Of a DNA stretch of 64,000 nt, positions 10,362-19,447 are shown one piece after another. Every line of letters begins with the position of its first letter. Position 1 is the first letter of the stretch. Origin of the DNA: Candidatus Latescibacterota bacterium (GTDB lineage: Bacteria > Latescibacterota > UBA2968 > GCA-2709665); contig OZ241917.1 in the NCBI GenBank assembly GCA_965203805.1, positions 3,584,001 to 3,648,000 of the forward strand, written 5' to 3'. A program made the translations under genes and the position numbers. The notes under the pieces were generated by a model. It ran no database searches, was not told where the DNA came from, and worked only from the letters and a program-made list of their open reading frames with translations.

Positions 10362-10848
10362 ACGCGACTTCGCTCAGAATGAAAGATCCGCTTGCATCAT
10401 CAGCGATACGTTTCCGTCACCCACTCGCCACATGTCCCGCTAAGAAATCCGCTCTGAGGGTGGGGCGGACATTCCTGTCTGCCCACGTCAACGTCGTTCT
10501 GTCAATTGAAGCAGATTGGCGGGGCCGCCAGGCGACGATGCCTCCGCGCATATGGGCTGGCGATGGCTTCCGCTGAACGTCAACCCGAGAAGACGGGAGA
10601 TTCTTCGCTCCGCTCAGAATGACATGTGTTGCAATAACGCTTGGCGAGACGTCTCCGTCATACCTTCGCCCAAACATGTCATCCTGAGGAAGCCGCCTTG
10701 CCCGCCAGAGATTCACCGGCAGGCAGGCTGACGAAGGATCTACTGCAGCATCGGTCAATCTTCACGAGTCTTCCACGTGTCGATACCTAGGAGGCGGCAC
10801 ATCTGCTCCCCTCTCCGCCCCGGGGAGGGGCTGGGGGAGGAGTCGCCA
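10362..10848. repeat. Composite palindromic-repeat spacer C
   Basis: GTGGGGCGGACATTCCTGTCTGCCCAC palindrome, GGGAGATTCTTCGCTCCGCTCAGAATGACA at 10595, block at 10677-10753, G-rich hairpin at 10803-10848. Confidence 0.9.
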
Positions 10849-13314
10849 TCACTCATACCGCAACGCGTCCACCGGATTCGCGCGGGCTGCCCGGGCGACC
10901 TGAAGGCTCACCGCCAGGAGAACGACGAGGAGCGTGAGCAGACCCCCTAGCAAAAAGGTCCCGATCCCCGGATCCACACGATACGCGAAATCCTGCAGCC
11001 AGCGCTCCGCCGCGTAGTACGTTGCCGGCCATGAGATCAATGCGGCAATACCGACAATGGCCACATATTCCCGCGTCAGCAAGGACACGATTCGTGACGT
11101 CGGCGCGCCAAGGACTTTTCGGATCCCGATTTCCTTGGTACGCCTGGCGACGGTGAGCGACGTCAGCCCGAAGGCGCCCAGGCAGGCGATGAATACGGCG
11201 AAGAACGTCGCGTAACCCGCGATCCTGAACCATCGACGTTCTTCCCGATACTGAAGGTCGATATCCTCATCGAGGAAATTATAGTTTAAAGGAATATCCG
11301 GTGCGATTTCACCCCACTTGTCCCTTAAGAAATCAAGTGTATCGAAGACATTCTCGGGGCGAATTCGAACCATGAGCAGGTATCGGACGTCCCACGTGGG
11401 GCGGCCGGACGACGGTGTCTCCCTTAACTGCAGCACCGCGGGTCCAATGGCGTGGTGAAGAGACCTGAAATGAAAATCCCTGACGACCCCGATAACCGTC
11501 AGTTCCTTTCTGTCGAGCCGAATCGTCTCGCCGACAGTCGCTTTCCATCCCAGTTTCCGCGCCAGAGATTCGTTGACAACAACGGATGTCTTTGCATCGC
11601 TGTCCCGTTCGAAGTTGCGACCCTCCATCAGCCCTATTCCCATGGTATCGAGGAATCGTAGATCGCAGAAAATCCTCTCGACGCCTTCCAGTGTCGTTCC
11701 CTTCCAGTTTATTCGCGTATTATTCCGCATCGAATTGCTGAGTCCGTGTGACGTTCTCGTCGTCTTCAAAACAGAATGGTATGCCCGGATCTCATCCTCA
11801 AAGGTATCGGCCAGTTCCATTCTATCCGCTATACCGACCAGGCGAACGACGACGACATGGTTGGGTTCGAAACCTAGCGGTTTCGATTTCAACTGGCTCA
11901 TTTGTATGGAAGCGATGGTCATGCATGTCACCAGCGAAGTGGAAATGGCCAGTTGGAATACCACGAGCGCACGGCTGAAAAGACCCATTCGATCCGTCTT
12001 GAAACGCCCTTTCAACGCATCGACGGGAAGGAATCCGGACATGAACAATGCCGGGTAGCCCCCGGCAAAAATGCCCACGACCAGCAGCACCACGAACAGA
12101 TACCCAATAGACGTTGAATCCGCCAGGTCAGAAATGGCGAATTTCCTGTTAATCAGACTGTTGAAACCCGGCATGAACACTTCGGCCAGCGCCAGCCCGA
12201 GCCCGAGCGCGATTAGCGTCAGCAGCACCGATTCCGCCAGAAACTGCCTCGCCAGTTGCATTCGAAGACCCCCGGTCACCTTGCGCATTCCAACTTCGCG
12301 GCCACGGGAAATCGACCGGCCCACCGAGAGATTCGTGTAGTTGACCGCGGCCACGACCAGCACGAGTATTGCAATGGCTCCGAGGTGGTGCGAATGGACA
12401 GGATTACCAAATGGGCGCGACCTCATGCGACGGTTATCAAAGTAAATGTCTCTAATGGGCTGCAACTTCAACTTGCTCGAGAATCCGTTCCTGGAAGGTG
12501 GTATCGCAAGATCCTCAAGCCGGCGCTCTATTTCCAGTGGACGATGGTAGTCCGGGAGCAACAAGTAGGTGTTAACATCGCTTATTTTGCGTCCGTGTTT
12601 CTGATCATCCGGATTCAAGAGGGAGAGAAAGTCAAAACGAATGGTGGAGTTTTTGGGAATTGTCCTGATTACGCCAGTTACCGTCAATTCCTGAGTCGGG
12701 CGGTCGTCCGAGAATTCATCCCTGGATTTGGGCGTTGGGCTTGAATGTCCGAAGGAAATCACGTTCAATCCCGACGATCCGCGTGTACGGACAACGGGGA
12801 TTTCGACAGTCTGGACTGAAATCGTCTCGCCGATCGGGTCTTCCCCCTGGAAGAGTCTCTCGGCAATCGTTTCGGTAATGATCACGTAGTTCGGATCCTG
12901 CAACGCGGTGACCGGATCTCCCTTAATAAGCGGGAAGGAGAATACGTCCAGAATTGCCGGATCTGCGAAAAGGAAGGACTCTTTGGTCGTCTGACCACCA
13001 TGGCGGACTACTCGCGGTCCAGGATCCAATCTCACGGAACGGACCTCCGGAAGTGCTTCTGACAACGCCGGCCCCAGAGTAACCGCCGTCCGATCTGTCA
13101 ACATAACCGATTCACCGAACGTTATTTCTCTGCCGACCCTGTATATCCGATCAGCGTTCTCATGAAACCCGTCGTAGGTCCATTCGTAACGCACATACAG
13201 GAACGCCAGCAGGCAAAATGAAATCGCAATGCCCAGACCCACCACGTTGATCGCGGCGTAGAGCGGGTGCCGCAGCAGGTTCCTGTAGGCTACCTTGAGA
13301 TAATTCCAGAGCAT
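10849..13314 (-). CDS. ABC transporter permease, duplicated MacB-PCD/FtsX architecture (paralogue 3, more divergent)
   Basis: 821 aa; NYLKVAYRNL, RGREVGMRKV, RRTKEIGIRKVLGA and ANPVDALRYE motifs; AAGGAG RBS. Confidence 0.93.
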   Translation of the reverse strand: MLWNYLKVAYRNLLRHPLYAAINVVGLGIAISFCLLAFLYVRYEWTYDGFHENADRIYRVGREITFGESVMLTDRTAVTLGPALSEALPEVRSVRLDPGPRVVRHGGQTTKESFLFADPAILDVFSFPLIKGDPVTALQDPNYVIITETIAERLFQGEDPIGETISVQTVEIPVVRTRGSSGLNVISFGHSSPTPKSRDEFSDDRPTQELTVTGVIRTIPKNSTIRFDFLSLLNPDDQKHGRKISDVNTYLLLPDYHRPLEIERRLEDLAIPPSRNGFSSKLKLQPIRDIYFDNRRMRSRPFGNPVHSHHLGAIAILVLVVAAVNYTNLSVGRSISRGREVGMRKVTGGLRMQLARQFLAESVLLTLIALGLGLALAEVFMPGFNSLINRKFAISDLADSTSIGYLFVVLLVVGIFAGGYPALFMSGFLPVDALKGRFKTDRMGLFSRALVVFQLAISTSLVTCMTIASIQMSQLKSKPLGFEPNHVVVVRLVGIADRMELADTFEDEIRAYHSVLKTTRTSHGLSNSMRNNTRINWKGTTLEGVERIFCDLRFLDTMGIGLMEGRNFERDSDAKTSVVVNESLARKLGWKATVGETIRLDRKELTVIGVVRDFHFRSLHHAIGPAVLQLRETPSSGRPTWDVRYLLMVRIRPENVFDTLDFLRDKWGEIAPDIPLNYNFLDEDIDLQYREERRWFRIAGYATFFAVFIACLGAFGLTSLTVARRTKEIGIRKVLGAPTSRIVSLLTREYVAIVGIAALISWPATYYAAERWLQDFAYRVDPGIGTFLLGGLLTLLVVLLAVSLQVARAARANPVDALRYE

Positions 13315-13399
13315 CGGCTGACTCCTTGGTGTTTGGGTCTTTCACATTGACCCGGCGCGGCTTTGCTGTGCCCGGCTGCAACCGAAGTTTTCAAGCCAA

Positions 13400-14035
13400 C
13401 GATGCCTCCGCGCATATCGGCCCATGAACGCGTCCGCTGCACGTCAAGGCGAGAAGACGGGAGATTCTTCGCTCCGCTCAGAATGACATGTTTTGCAATA
13501 GCTATTAGTGAGATGTTTCGGTCATACCTTCTTCCGACCGTCATCGTGAAGAAACCGCAGTGAGGGTGGGGCGGACATTCCTGTCTGCCCACGTCAATGT
13601 CTTTCTGTCAATTGAAGCAGATGCCGAGGCCGCCAGGCGACGATGCCTCCGCGCATACGGGCCGGTGTACGGGTCCCCCGCACGTCAACCCGAGAAGACG
13701 GGAGATTCTTCGCTCCGCTCAGAATGACATGTTTTGCAATAGCTATTAGTGAGATGTTTCGGTCATACCTTCTTCCGACCGTCATCGTGAAGAAACCGCA
13801 GTGAAGGTGGGGCGGACATTCCTGTCTGCCCACGTCAATGTCTTTCTGTCAATTGAAGCAGATGGCGAGGCCGCCAGGCGACGATGCCTCCGCGCATATG
13901 GGCGAATGAAGGGGTCCCCCGCACGTCAACCCGAGGAGACGGGAGATTCTTCGCTCCGCTCAGAATGACATGCTTTTTAGTCGACATTCGCGAGATGTCT
14001 TGGCCGTACCTGCGCCAAGACTGTTATCCTGAGGG
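13400..14035. repeat. Tandem array of a 241-bp unit (about 2.6 copies)
   Basis: CGATGCCTCCGCGCAT starts at 13400, 13641 and 13882; GGGAGATTCTTCGCTCCGCTCAGAATGACA at 13459, 13700 and 13941. Units are near-identical except for a variable window of about 25 nt. Confidence 0.95.
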
Positions 14036-14097
14036 GTCGCCGTGCCCGCGACGGACGCATTGGGCGCATGACGGTCGTTGTCCCAATAATACCCTGA

Positions 14098-14112
14098 GCA
14101 ACGGGCGTGCCA
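14098..14112 (-). promoter_or_regulatory. Sigma54 (-24/-12) promoter for the permease array
   Basis: Reverse complement TGGCAC-GCCCG-TTGC(T) matches the TGGCAC-N5-TTGC consensus, points toward the permeases, and lies next to a sigma54 activator gene. Confidence 0.85.
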
Positions 14113-14176
14113 TACGTTTTCGCCTCGATTTTACAGGTACTTAGCGATGCGCCGGCGAAAGGAGGCAGCACGTGAG

Positions 14177-14213
14177 TGTCCGATAATGATACAGCAATGT
14201 CCGAAACCGAACA
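14177..14213. promoter_or_regulatory. Tandem upstream activator (enhancer) sites
   Basis: TGTCCGATAATGATACA and TGTCCGAAACCGAACA (TGT-N10/11-ACA), 21 bp apart and about 65-100 bp upstream of the minus-strand sigma54 site. Confidence 0.65.
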
Positions 14214-14240
14214 CATGGCGCGCGCCGGTCTTCGAGCCGC

Positions 14241-14269
14241 TTGACAGGATAAGTCTCTGTGATCATTAT
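14241..14269 (+). promoter_or_regulatory. Sigma70-type promoter for the two-component operon
   Basis: TTGACA-N17-CATTAT. Confidence 0.55.
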
Positions 14270-14301
14270 GGTTGTGCGTAATTTCGGCTCAAGAGGCATA
14301 T

Positions 14302-14316
14302 TGGCACGAAAAATGC
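14302..14316 (+). promoter_or_regulatory. Second sigma54-like site facing the regulator gene
   Basis: TGGCAC-GAAAA-ATGC keeps the GG-N10-GC spacing. Confidence 0.5.
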
Positions 14317-14427
14317 GCCTCTTGTCAGGCAATGAAACATCTCCAGCATGTTCGGCTGCCGATCCCTTTTCGCCTCCGGGACGCGGGTATCGTCCGCCGA
14401 TTCATGCTGGAAGGCTCCGGGGCTCCG

Positions 14428-15804
14428 ATGAAATCACTCGACAAAATCCTCATCGTCGACGACGACCGCGACGTGCTGCTGGCCGCGCAGCTCTTTCTCA
14501 AGCAGCACGCCGGGCGCGTGGATACCGAAACCGATCCCAACCGCATTCCGGAAGTGCTGCAGAGTGATTCCTACGACGTGATCCTGCTGGATATGAACTT
14601 CGCCCAGGACGCCACGTCCGGCAGAGAAGGTTTCCACTGGCTGCGGCGCATTCTCGATATCGATCCTTCTGCCGTGGTTGTCCTGATTACGGCGTTCGGC
14701 GACGTCAAGACGGCCGTGCAGGCCATCAGGGAGGGCGCGACGGACTTTGTCCTTAAACCGTGGCAGAACGAGAAACTCCTGGCCACGCTGTCCGCGGCAG
14801 CAAGGCTCCGCGAATCGCGCCTCGACGTCGCCCGGCTCCGCTCACGGCAGAAACAACTCCACGCCGATCTGGACCGGCAGTTTCCCGGCATCGTGGCTGT
14901 CTCGCCGGTCATGCGCGACGTCTTCGAGACCATACGGAAGGTCGCCGCAACCGACGCCAACGTCCTCATCCTTGGCGACAACGGAACGGGAAAGGATGCG
15001 GTGGCGCGCGCCATTCACCGAAACTCCAGCCGCGCGGACCAGGTCTTCATCCACGTCGACCTCGGCGCCGTCCCCGAGACCCTGTTCGAAAGCGAGCTCT
15101 TCGGGCACAAAAAAGGCGCCTTTACAGACGCCGGGGAGGACCGTGCGGGGCGGTTTGAAACGGCTTCGGGCGGGACGCTGTTCCTGGATGAGATCGGCAA
15201 CCTCTCGCTGACGCTTCAGGCGAAACTGCTCACCGTACTCGAAAAGCGCACGGTGTTCCGGCTGGGCGCCAACAAGCCCGTCCCTATCGATATCCGGCTC
15301 GTGTGCGCCACGAATACGCCCATTCACGAACTTGCCGCCCGGAACGACTTCCGCCAGGACCTGCTCTACCGCGTCAACACCGTTGAAATCAGCCTGCCGC
15401 CGCTCCGGGACCGCCGCGAAGACCTGCCGCTCCTCGTAGGCAGCTTCCTGGACAGGTATTGCAGGAAATACAAGAAGCCCCGTATCGGCCTGCATCCCCG
15501 CACCCTGGAAAAACTCAAAGGATACGCCTGGCCCGGAAACGTCCGCGAACTCCAGCACGCCATCGAACGCGCGGTCATCATGAACGAAAACGGAACGCTG
15601 CAACCCGCGGACTTCCCCCTCACCACGTCGGAGACCGCTGCGGGCGACCACATACTCTGCGAAGACTTCAATCTCGAACGCATCGAGAAAACCGCCATCC
15701 GCAAAGCCATCGAGAAGCACGAGGGCAACATCAGCCACACGGCCCGGGAACTGGGCATCACGCGTAGCGCCCTTTACCGAAGGCTGGAAAAATATGGTCT
15801 ATAA
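14428..15804 (+). CDS. Sigma54-dependent response regulator (NtrC family: REC-AAA+-Fis HTH)
   Basis: KILIVDDD...LLDMNF receiver, GDNGTGKD Walker A, GAFTDA loop, [18 protein letters not shown]-terminal HTH. Start placed at MKSLDK. Confidence 0.95.
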   Translation: MKSLDKILIVDDDRDVLLAAQLFLKQHAGRVDTETDPNRIPEVLQSDSYDVILLDMNFAQDATSGREGFHWLRRILDIDPSAVVVLITAFGDVKTAVQAIREGATDFVLKPWQNEKLLATLSAAARLRESRLDVARLRSRQKQLHADLDRQFPGIVAVSPVMRDVFETIRKVAATDANVLILGDNGTGKDAVARAIHRNSSRADQVFIHVDLGAVPETLFESELFGHKKGAFTDAGEDRAGRFETASGGTLFLDEIGNLSLTLQAKLLTVLEKRTVFRLGANKPVPIDIRLVCATNTPIHELAARNDFRQDLLYRVNTVEISLPPLRDRREDLPLLVGSFLDRYCRKYKKPRIGLHPRTLEKLKGYAWPGNVRELQHAIERAVIMNENGTLQPADFPLTTSETAAGDHILCEDFNLERIEKTAIRKAIEKHEGNISHTARELGITRSALYRRLEKYGL

Positions 15805-17137
15805 ACACTTTCGGACGCTGTGCATCGTGCGCGTAGCGTTCCTGTGCGCCACCCTCTGCGCCCTCGTGTTCGTGCTCTTTCAGACCTCCTACTACACCAC
15901 CGTCTTCATTCTGGCCGGCATCGCACTCTACCAGGCCTGGGCCCTTGTCCACTTCGTGGAGCGCACCAACCGGGACCTCACCCGCTTTCTGCAGGCCATC
16001 CGGTACGAAGACTTCTCCCAATCCTTCAGCGGCAGGGGACTCGGGTCCGCATTCGACGACCTGAAAGAGGCGTTCAACGAGGTGCTGAACGCCTTTCGGA
16101 AGACACGCGCGGAAAAAGAGGAGAACTTCCAATACCTGCAGACGGTGGTCCAGCACGTGGGCGTGGGCCTGGTGTGTTACGACACCGACGGCCGCATCGA
16201 GCTCATGAACACCGCCGCCCAGCGCCTGCTTCGCAGACCCCACGTCCACAACGTGCGCGAGCTGCGGACGGTGAGCAAGTCCCTTTCCGACACCCTTCTG
16301 GCCCTGCGGCCCGGCGACAGGACCCTGGTCAAAGTCCAGGACGAAGACGAACTCCTTCAGATTGTCATCCACGCCACCGAAATCAGAATGCGCGGCGAGT
16401 CGTTCATCCTCGCCTCCGTGCAGGACATACAGAGCGAACTCGAAGAGCAGGAAATGGACGCGTGGCAGAAGCTCATCCGCGTGCTCATCCACGAAATCAT
16501 GAACTCCATCACCCCCATTTCCTCTCTGGCCTCTACCTTACGCGGTCACTTTCCCGAATCCGACCGCGCGTCCTCGCTCGATCCCCAGACCGTAACCGAC
16601 GTACACGCGGCGCTCGAGACCATTCAGTCGAGGAGCGAAGGCCTGCAACAGTTCGTCGATACCTATCGCCAACTCACACGGATCCCCCGGCCGGACTTTC
16701 AAATCTGCCCGGTCGGCGACCTCTTCGCTCGCGTGGTAAACCTGATGCAACCGGAATGTGAAAAGGAGCGCATCGGACTGTGCACGCGGGTCGAACCCGA
16801 GTCCCTGGAAGTTACGGCCGACCCCCACCTGGTGGAGCAGGTCCTCATCAATCTGGTGCGGAACGCGCTGCAGGCCCTCGCCGGACGCGATCAGGCCCGC
16901 GTCGAACTCGCCGCGGGCCTGGACCGAAGAGGCCGGGTCCTCATCCGCGTTCGGGACAATGGACCCGGCATCCTCGAAGACGTGCAGGAGCGTATTTTTA
17001 TCCCGTTCTTCACCACCAGACAGGAGGGTTCGGGGATCGGGCTGTCACTCTGCCGGCAGATAATGCGCCAGCACCGCGGCGCCATCAGCGTTCAGTCCAC
17101 GCCCGACGAAGAAACCGTATTCACCCTCCGGTTCTGA
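15794..17137 (+). CDS. Sensor histidine kinase (NtrY/NtrB-like, with PAS domain)
   Basis: Two N-terminal TM helices, HEIMNSITPI H-box, QVLINLVRNA, DNGPGI, FFTT, GSGIGL; overlaps the regulator stop. Confidence 0.95.
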   Translation: MVYKHFRTLCIVRVAFLCATLCALVFVLFQTSYYTTVFILAGIALYQAWALVHFVERTNRDLTRFLQAIRYEDFSQSFSGRGLGSAFDDLKEAFNEVLNAFRKTRAEKEENFQYLQTVVQHVGVGLVCYDTDGRIELMNTAAQRLLRRPHVHNVRELRTVSKSLSDTLLALRPGDRTLVKVQDEDELLQIVIHATEIRMRGESFILASVQDIQSELEEQEMDAWQKLIRVLIHEIMNSITPISSLASTLRGHFPESDRASSLDPQTVTDVHAALETIQSRSEGLQQFVDTYRQLTRIPRPDFQICPVGDLFARVVNLMQPECEKERIGLCTRVEPESLEVTADPHLVEQVLINLVRNALQALAGRDQARVELAAGLDRRGRVLIRVRDNGPGILEDVQERIFIPFFTTRQEGSGIGLSLCRQIMRQHRGAISVQSTPDEETVFTLRF

Positions 17138-17154
17138 TCGGCTGACGGGACCTG

Positions 17155-18693
17155 CTACCCCCAATCCTCCAGGATGGCCTTCGCGGCGTTGTGCCCCGGC
17201 GCCCCGGTCACTTCGCCGCCGGGGTGTGTGCCCGCGCCGCAAAGATAGAGGTTCTCGATCGGTGTCGCGTAGTGCGACCACCCGCCCAGGGGCCGTTGCG
17301 CGAGGAACTGGTCCGGCACGATGTCCAGGTGCCGAATGTTTCCGTCTGTCAGGCCCACCCGGTCCTCCAGGTCATGCGGTGTGAACAGCGACCAGTCCAC
17401 CAGAATGTCCCGCAGGTTCGGCGCGTAGATCGACAGCGTATCGATCAGCCGCTCGCCCACCTCTTCGCGCCGCTCATCCCACGTGCCGTCGCGCGGGCGA
17501 ACGGGCGCATAGAGGGCCCAGACGGACATCACGTGGTGGCCGTCCGGCGCCATCGTGTCGTCGTAAACGGATGGGATCTGTACTTCGATCACCGGCTCCC
17601 GAGCGGGATCTCCGCGGCGCGCGTCGTCCCAGGCGCGAGCGAAATAGTCGATGGACGGGCAGATTTTGATCTCCGCAAACCAGCGGGGATCATAGCCAGA
17701 TTCGCCCCTCGCGAAGTCCGGCAAGCCGGAAAGCGCCGCATGGAACTTCAGGTAGGCCGCCCTGGTTTTCATGCGATTCGCCCTCGCAAGGAATCCCGCA
17801 TCCAGCGCACCGGGCGGCAGCAGCTTCATGAATGTCCGCTTCGGGTCCGCGTTCGAAACCACGATCCGGCTGCGGATTTCCGTGCCGTCGGCAAGCGCCG
17901 CGCCGCACGCGCTTCCATTTGACAACAGAACCCGCTCGACTTCCGCGCCCGTTTGCAATACCGCCCCACGCGCCCTCGCCGCCCTCGCAAGGGCGTTGGC
18001 GATGCCGCCCATCCCGCCCTTGACGATCCCCACGTTCTCCGGCCGGCCGAAAACGCCGCATTTGATGTACGTGTAAACCCACGCGCTGCCCGGCGCCGCG
18101 GGATCGCCCACGTCCTGCGCCTGGATGAACGCGCCCCGGGCCTGGTCGGACTCGAAGAAATCGGTCACGAGGTCGGTCATGCTGGTCGTGAGCAGGCGAT
18201 CCAGAAGCGCTTCGTCGTCCGTTCCACGCACGCGCGCGGCGATCTCGCTGATTGTAGGCGGCGGCGTCAGGAAATACGGGTAGATGAGGCCCGCCGCCCG
18301 TTCCCAGAAAGAGAGCCACTCGCGATAGGATTCCGCGTCCTTTTGCGAGAATCGCGCGAGTTCCGCCTGGCTGCGTTCCAGGTCGTCCCACAGGCGGAGG
18401 GCGGAGCCGTCCGGGAAGGGCTGGAAACGGGAGGGGTCCAGGTGATGGACGTCGAACCCTTGCTCCCGCAGGCCCAGCTCGTCGATCACCCGGTCCTGCA
18501 ACAGGTGGCAGATGTACGAGCAGGACGAAAACCGGTACCCCGGGAAGAGTTCCTCGGTCGCACAGGCGCCGCCCAGGATGTCCCTGCGTTCCAGCAGGAG
18601 AACATCCATCCCGGCATCGGCCAGGTAGGCCGCCGCAACCAGCCCGTTGTGCCCGCCGCCCAGGATCAGTGCATCGCAATCAACCGTGGCCAT
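17155..18693 (-). CDS. FAD-dependent oxidoreductase, phytoene dehydrogenase-related (COG1233-like)
   Basis: GGGHNGLVAAAYLA dinucleotide fold, GGMG, C-terminal LYLCGAGTHPGGEVTGAPGHNAA. Confidence 0.88.
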   Translation of the reverse strand: MATVDCDALILGGGHNGLVAAAYLADAGMDVLLLERRDILGGACATEELFPGYRFSSCSYICHLLQDRVIDELGLREQGFDVHHLDPSRFQPFPDGSALRLWDDLERSQAELARFSQKDAESYREWLSFWERAAGLIYPYFLTPPPTISEIAARVRGTDDEALLDRLLTTSMTDLVTDFFESDQARGAFIQAQDVGDPAAPGSAWVYTYIKCGVFGRPENVGIVKGGMGGIANALARAARARGAVLQTGAEVERVLLSNGSACGAALADGTEIRSRIVVSNADPKRTFMKLLPPGALDAGFLARANRMKTRAAYLKFHAALSGLPDFARGESGYDPRWFAEIKICPSIDYFARAWDDARRGDPAREPVIEVQIPSVYDDTMAPDGHHVMSVWALYAPVRPRDGTWDERREEVGERLIDTLSIYAPNLRDILVDWSLFTPHDLEDRVGLTDGNIRHLDIVPDQFLAQRPLGGWSHYATPIENLYLCGAGTHPGGEVTGAPGHNAAKAILEDWG

Positions 18694-18726
18694 AGTAATC
18701 TCTCCATACAGTACTTGCCGATTCCA

Positions 18727-19047
18727 CTACCGAACCCCCCAGCCATTCTTCATCAACCAGTCGCGGACCTGCTGCCGGCAATCTCCCTGCAATTCGATCG
18801 TGTCCCCCCGGAACGTCCCTCCCGTTCCGCACGCTTGCCGCAAGGCCCGCGCGAGATCCTTCAAATCTCCCTTCTGAAGCACCAGACCGCCAGCCAGCGT
18901 GACGACCTTGCCCCTCTTCCTTTTCTCCAGCGAAATCCGAATCCGCTGCTCTTCCGGCGCACGGGAAACCTGCACTTCCGTGTCAAACTCAGGCACGTCG
19001 TCGGAAACAAACGCCCATCCCTCCCCGGATGTTCGCCTAATCGCCAT
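18727..19047 (-). CDS. yciH: Translation initiation factor SUI1/YciH
   Basis: RGKVVT...LARALRQACGTGGT...IELQGD is the SUI1 signature. Confidence 0.88.
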   Translation of the reverse strand: MAIRRTSGEGWAFVSDDVPEFDTEVQVSRAPEEQRIRISLEKRKRGKVVTLAGGLVLQKGDLKDLARALRQACGTGGTFRGDTIELQGDCRQQVRDWLMKNGWGVR

Positions 19048-19447
19048 ATTTCTCCCTTAACCTGAACTTACATGGATGGACAGGATGTGCAGGATAAAGA
19101 CCAAAAAGCACGAAAAAACGAACATCAGAAACTACGAAACACACGAAAAAGCGCGAAAAAAACACGAAAACCACGTCACAGGCGCGAGAGAACGAATAAC
19201 GGCAGTGAATCAATTTACCATAGACCGCACGTCGTCATAACGAACACCCTGAAACCCCAACATATTACGGGGAGCACCGTATTGTTTACATCCTCCCACT
19301 CTTCTTTGGTTGGATCCGGATGTCGACTATTTGCTGCTCCCGAAAATAAATGGAAGCTGACAACTGCTCTTCCTGACCACTGGTCACTGTCCACTATTTA
19401 CTGCTCCTGGTAATAACACGGGCCAAACCGATTCCGGACGCTTCAGT

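Noticed and set aside
4937-13314. Diversity-generating retroelement or integron as the explanation for the permease array
   Set aside because: No reverse transcriptase, no adenine-specific template/variable repeat pair, no integron integrase and no clear attC core sites were seen in the window.
13400-14035. Possible CRISPR array
   Set aside because: The constant part is over 200 bp, the variable windows are related to each other, and no cas genes are present.
19072-19413. 113-aa ORF beginning MDGQDVQD
   Set aside because: The N-terminus derives from CAGGAT and CACGAAAA simple repeats; no family motifs.
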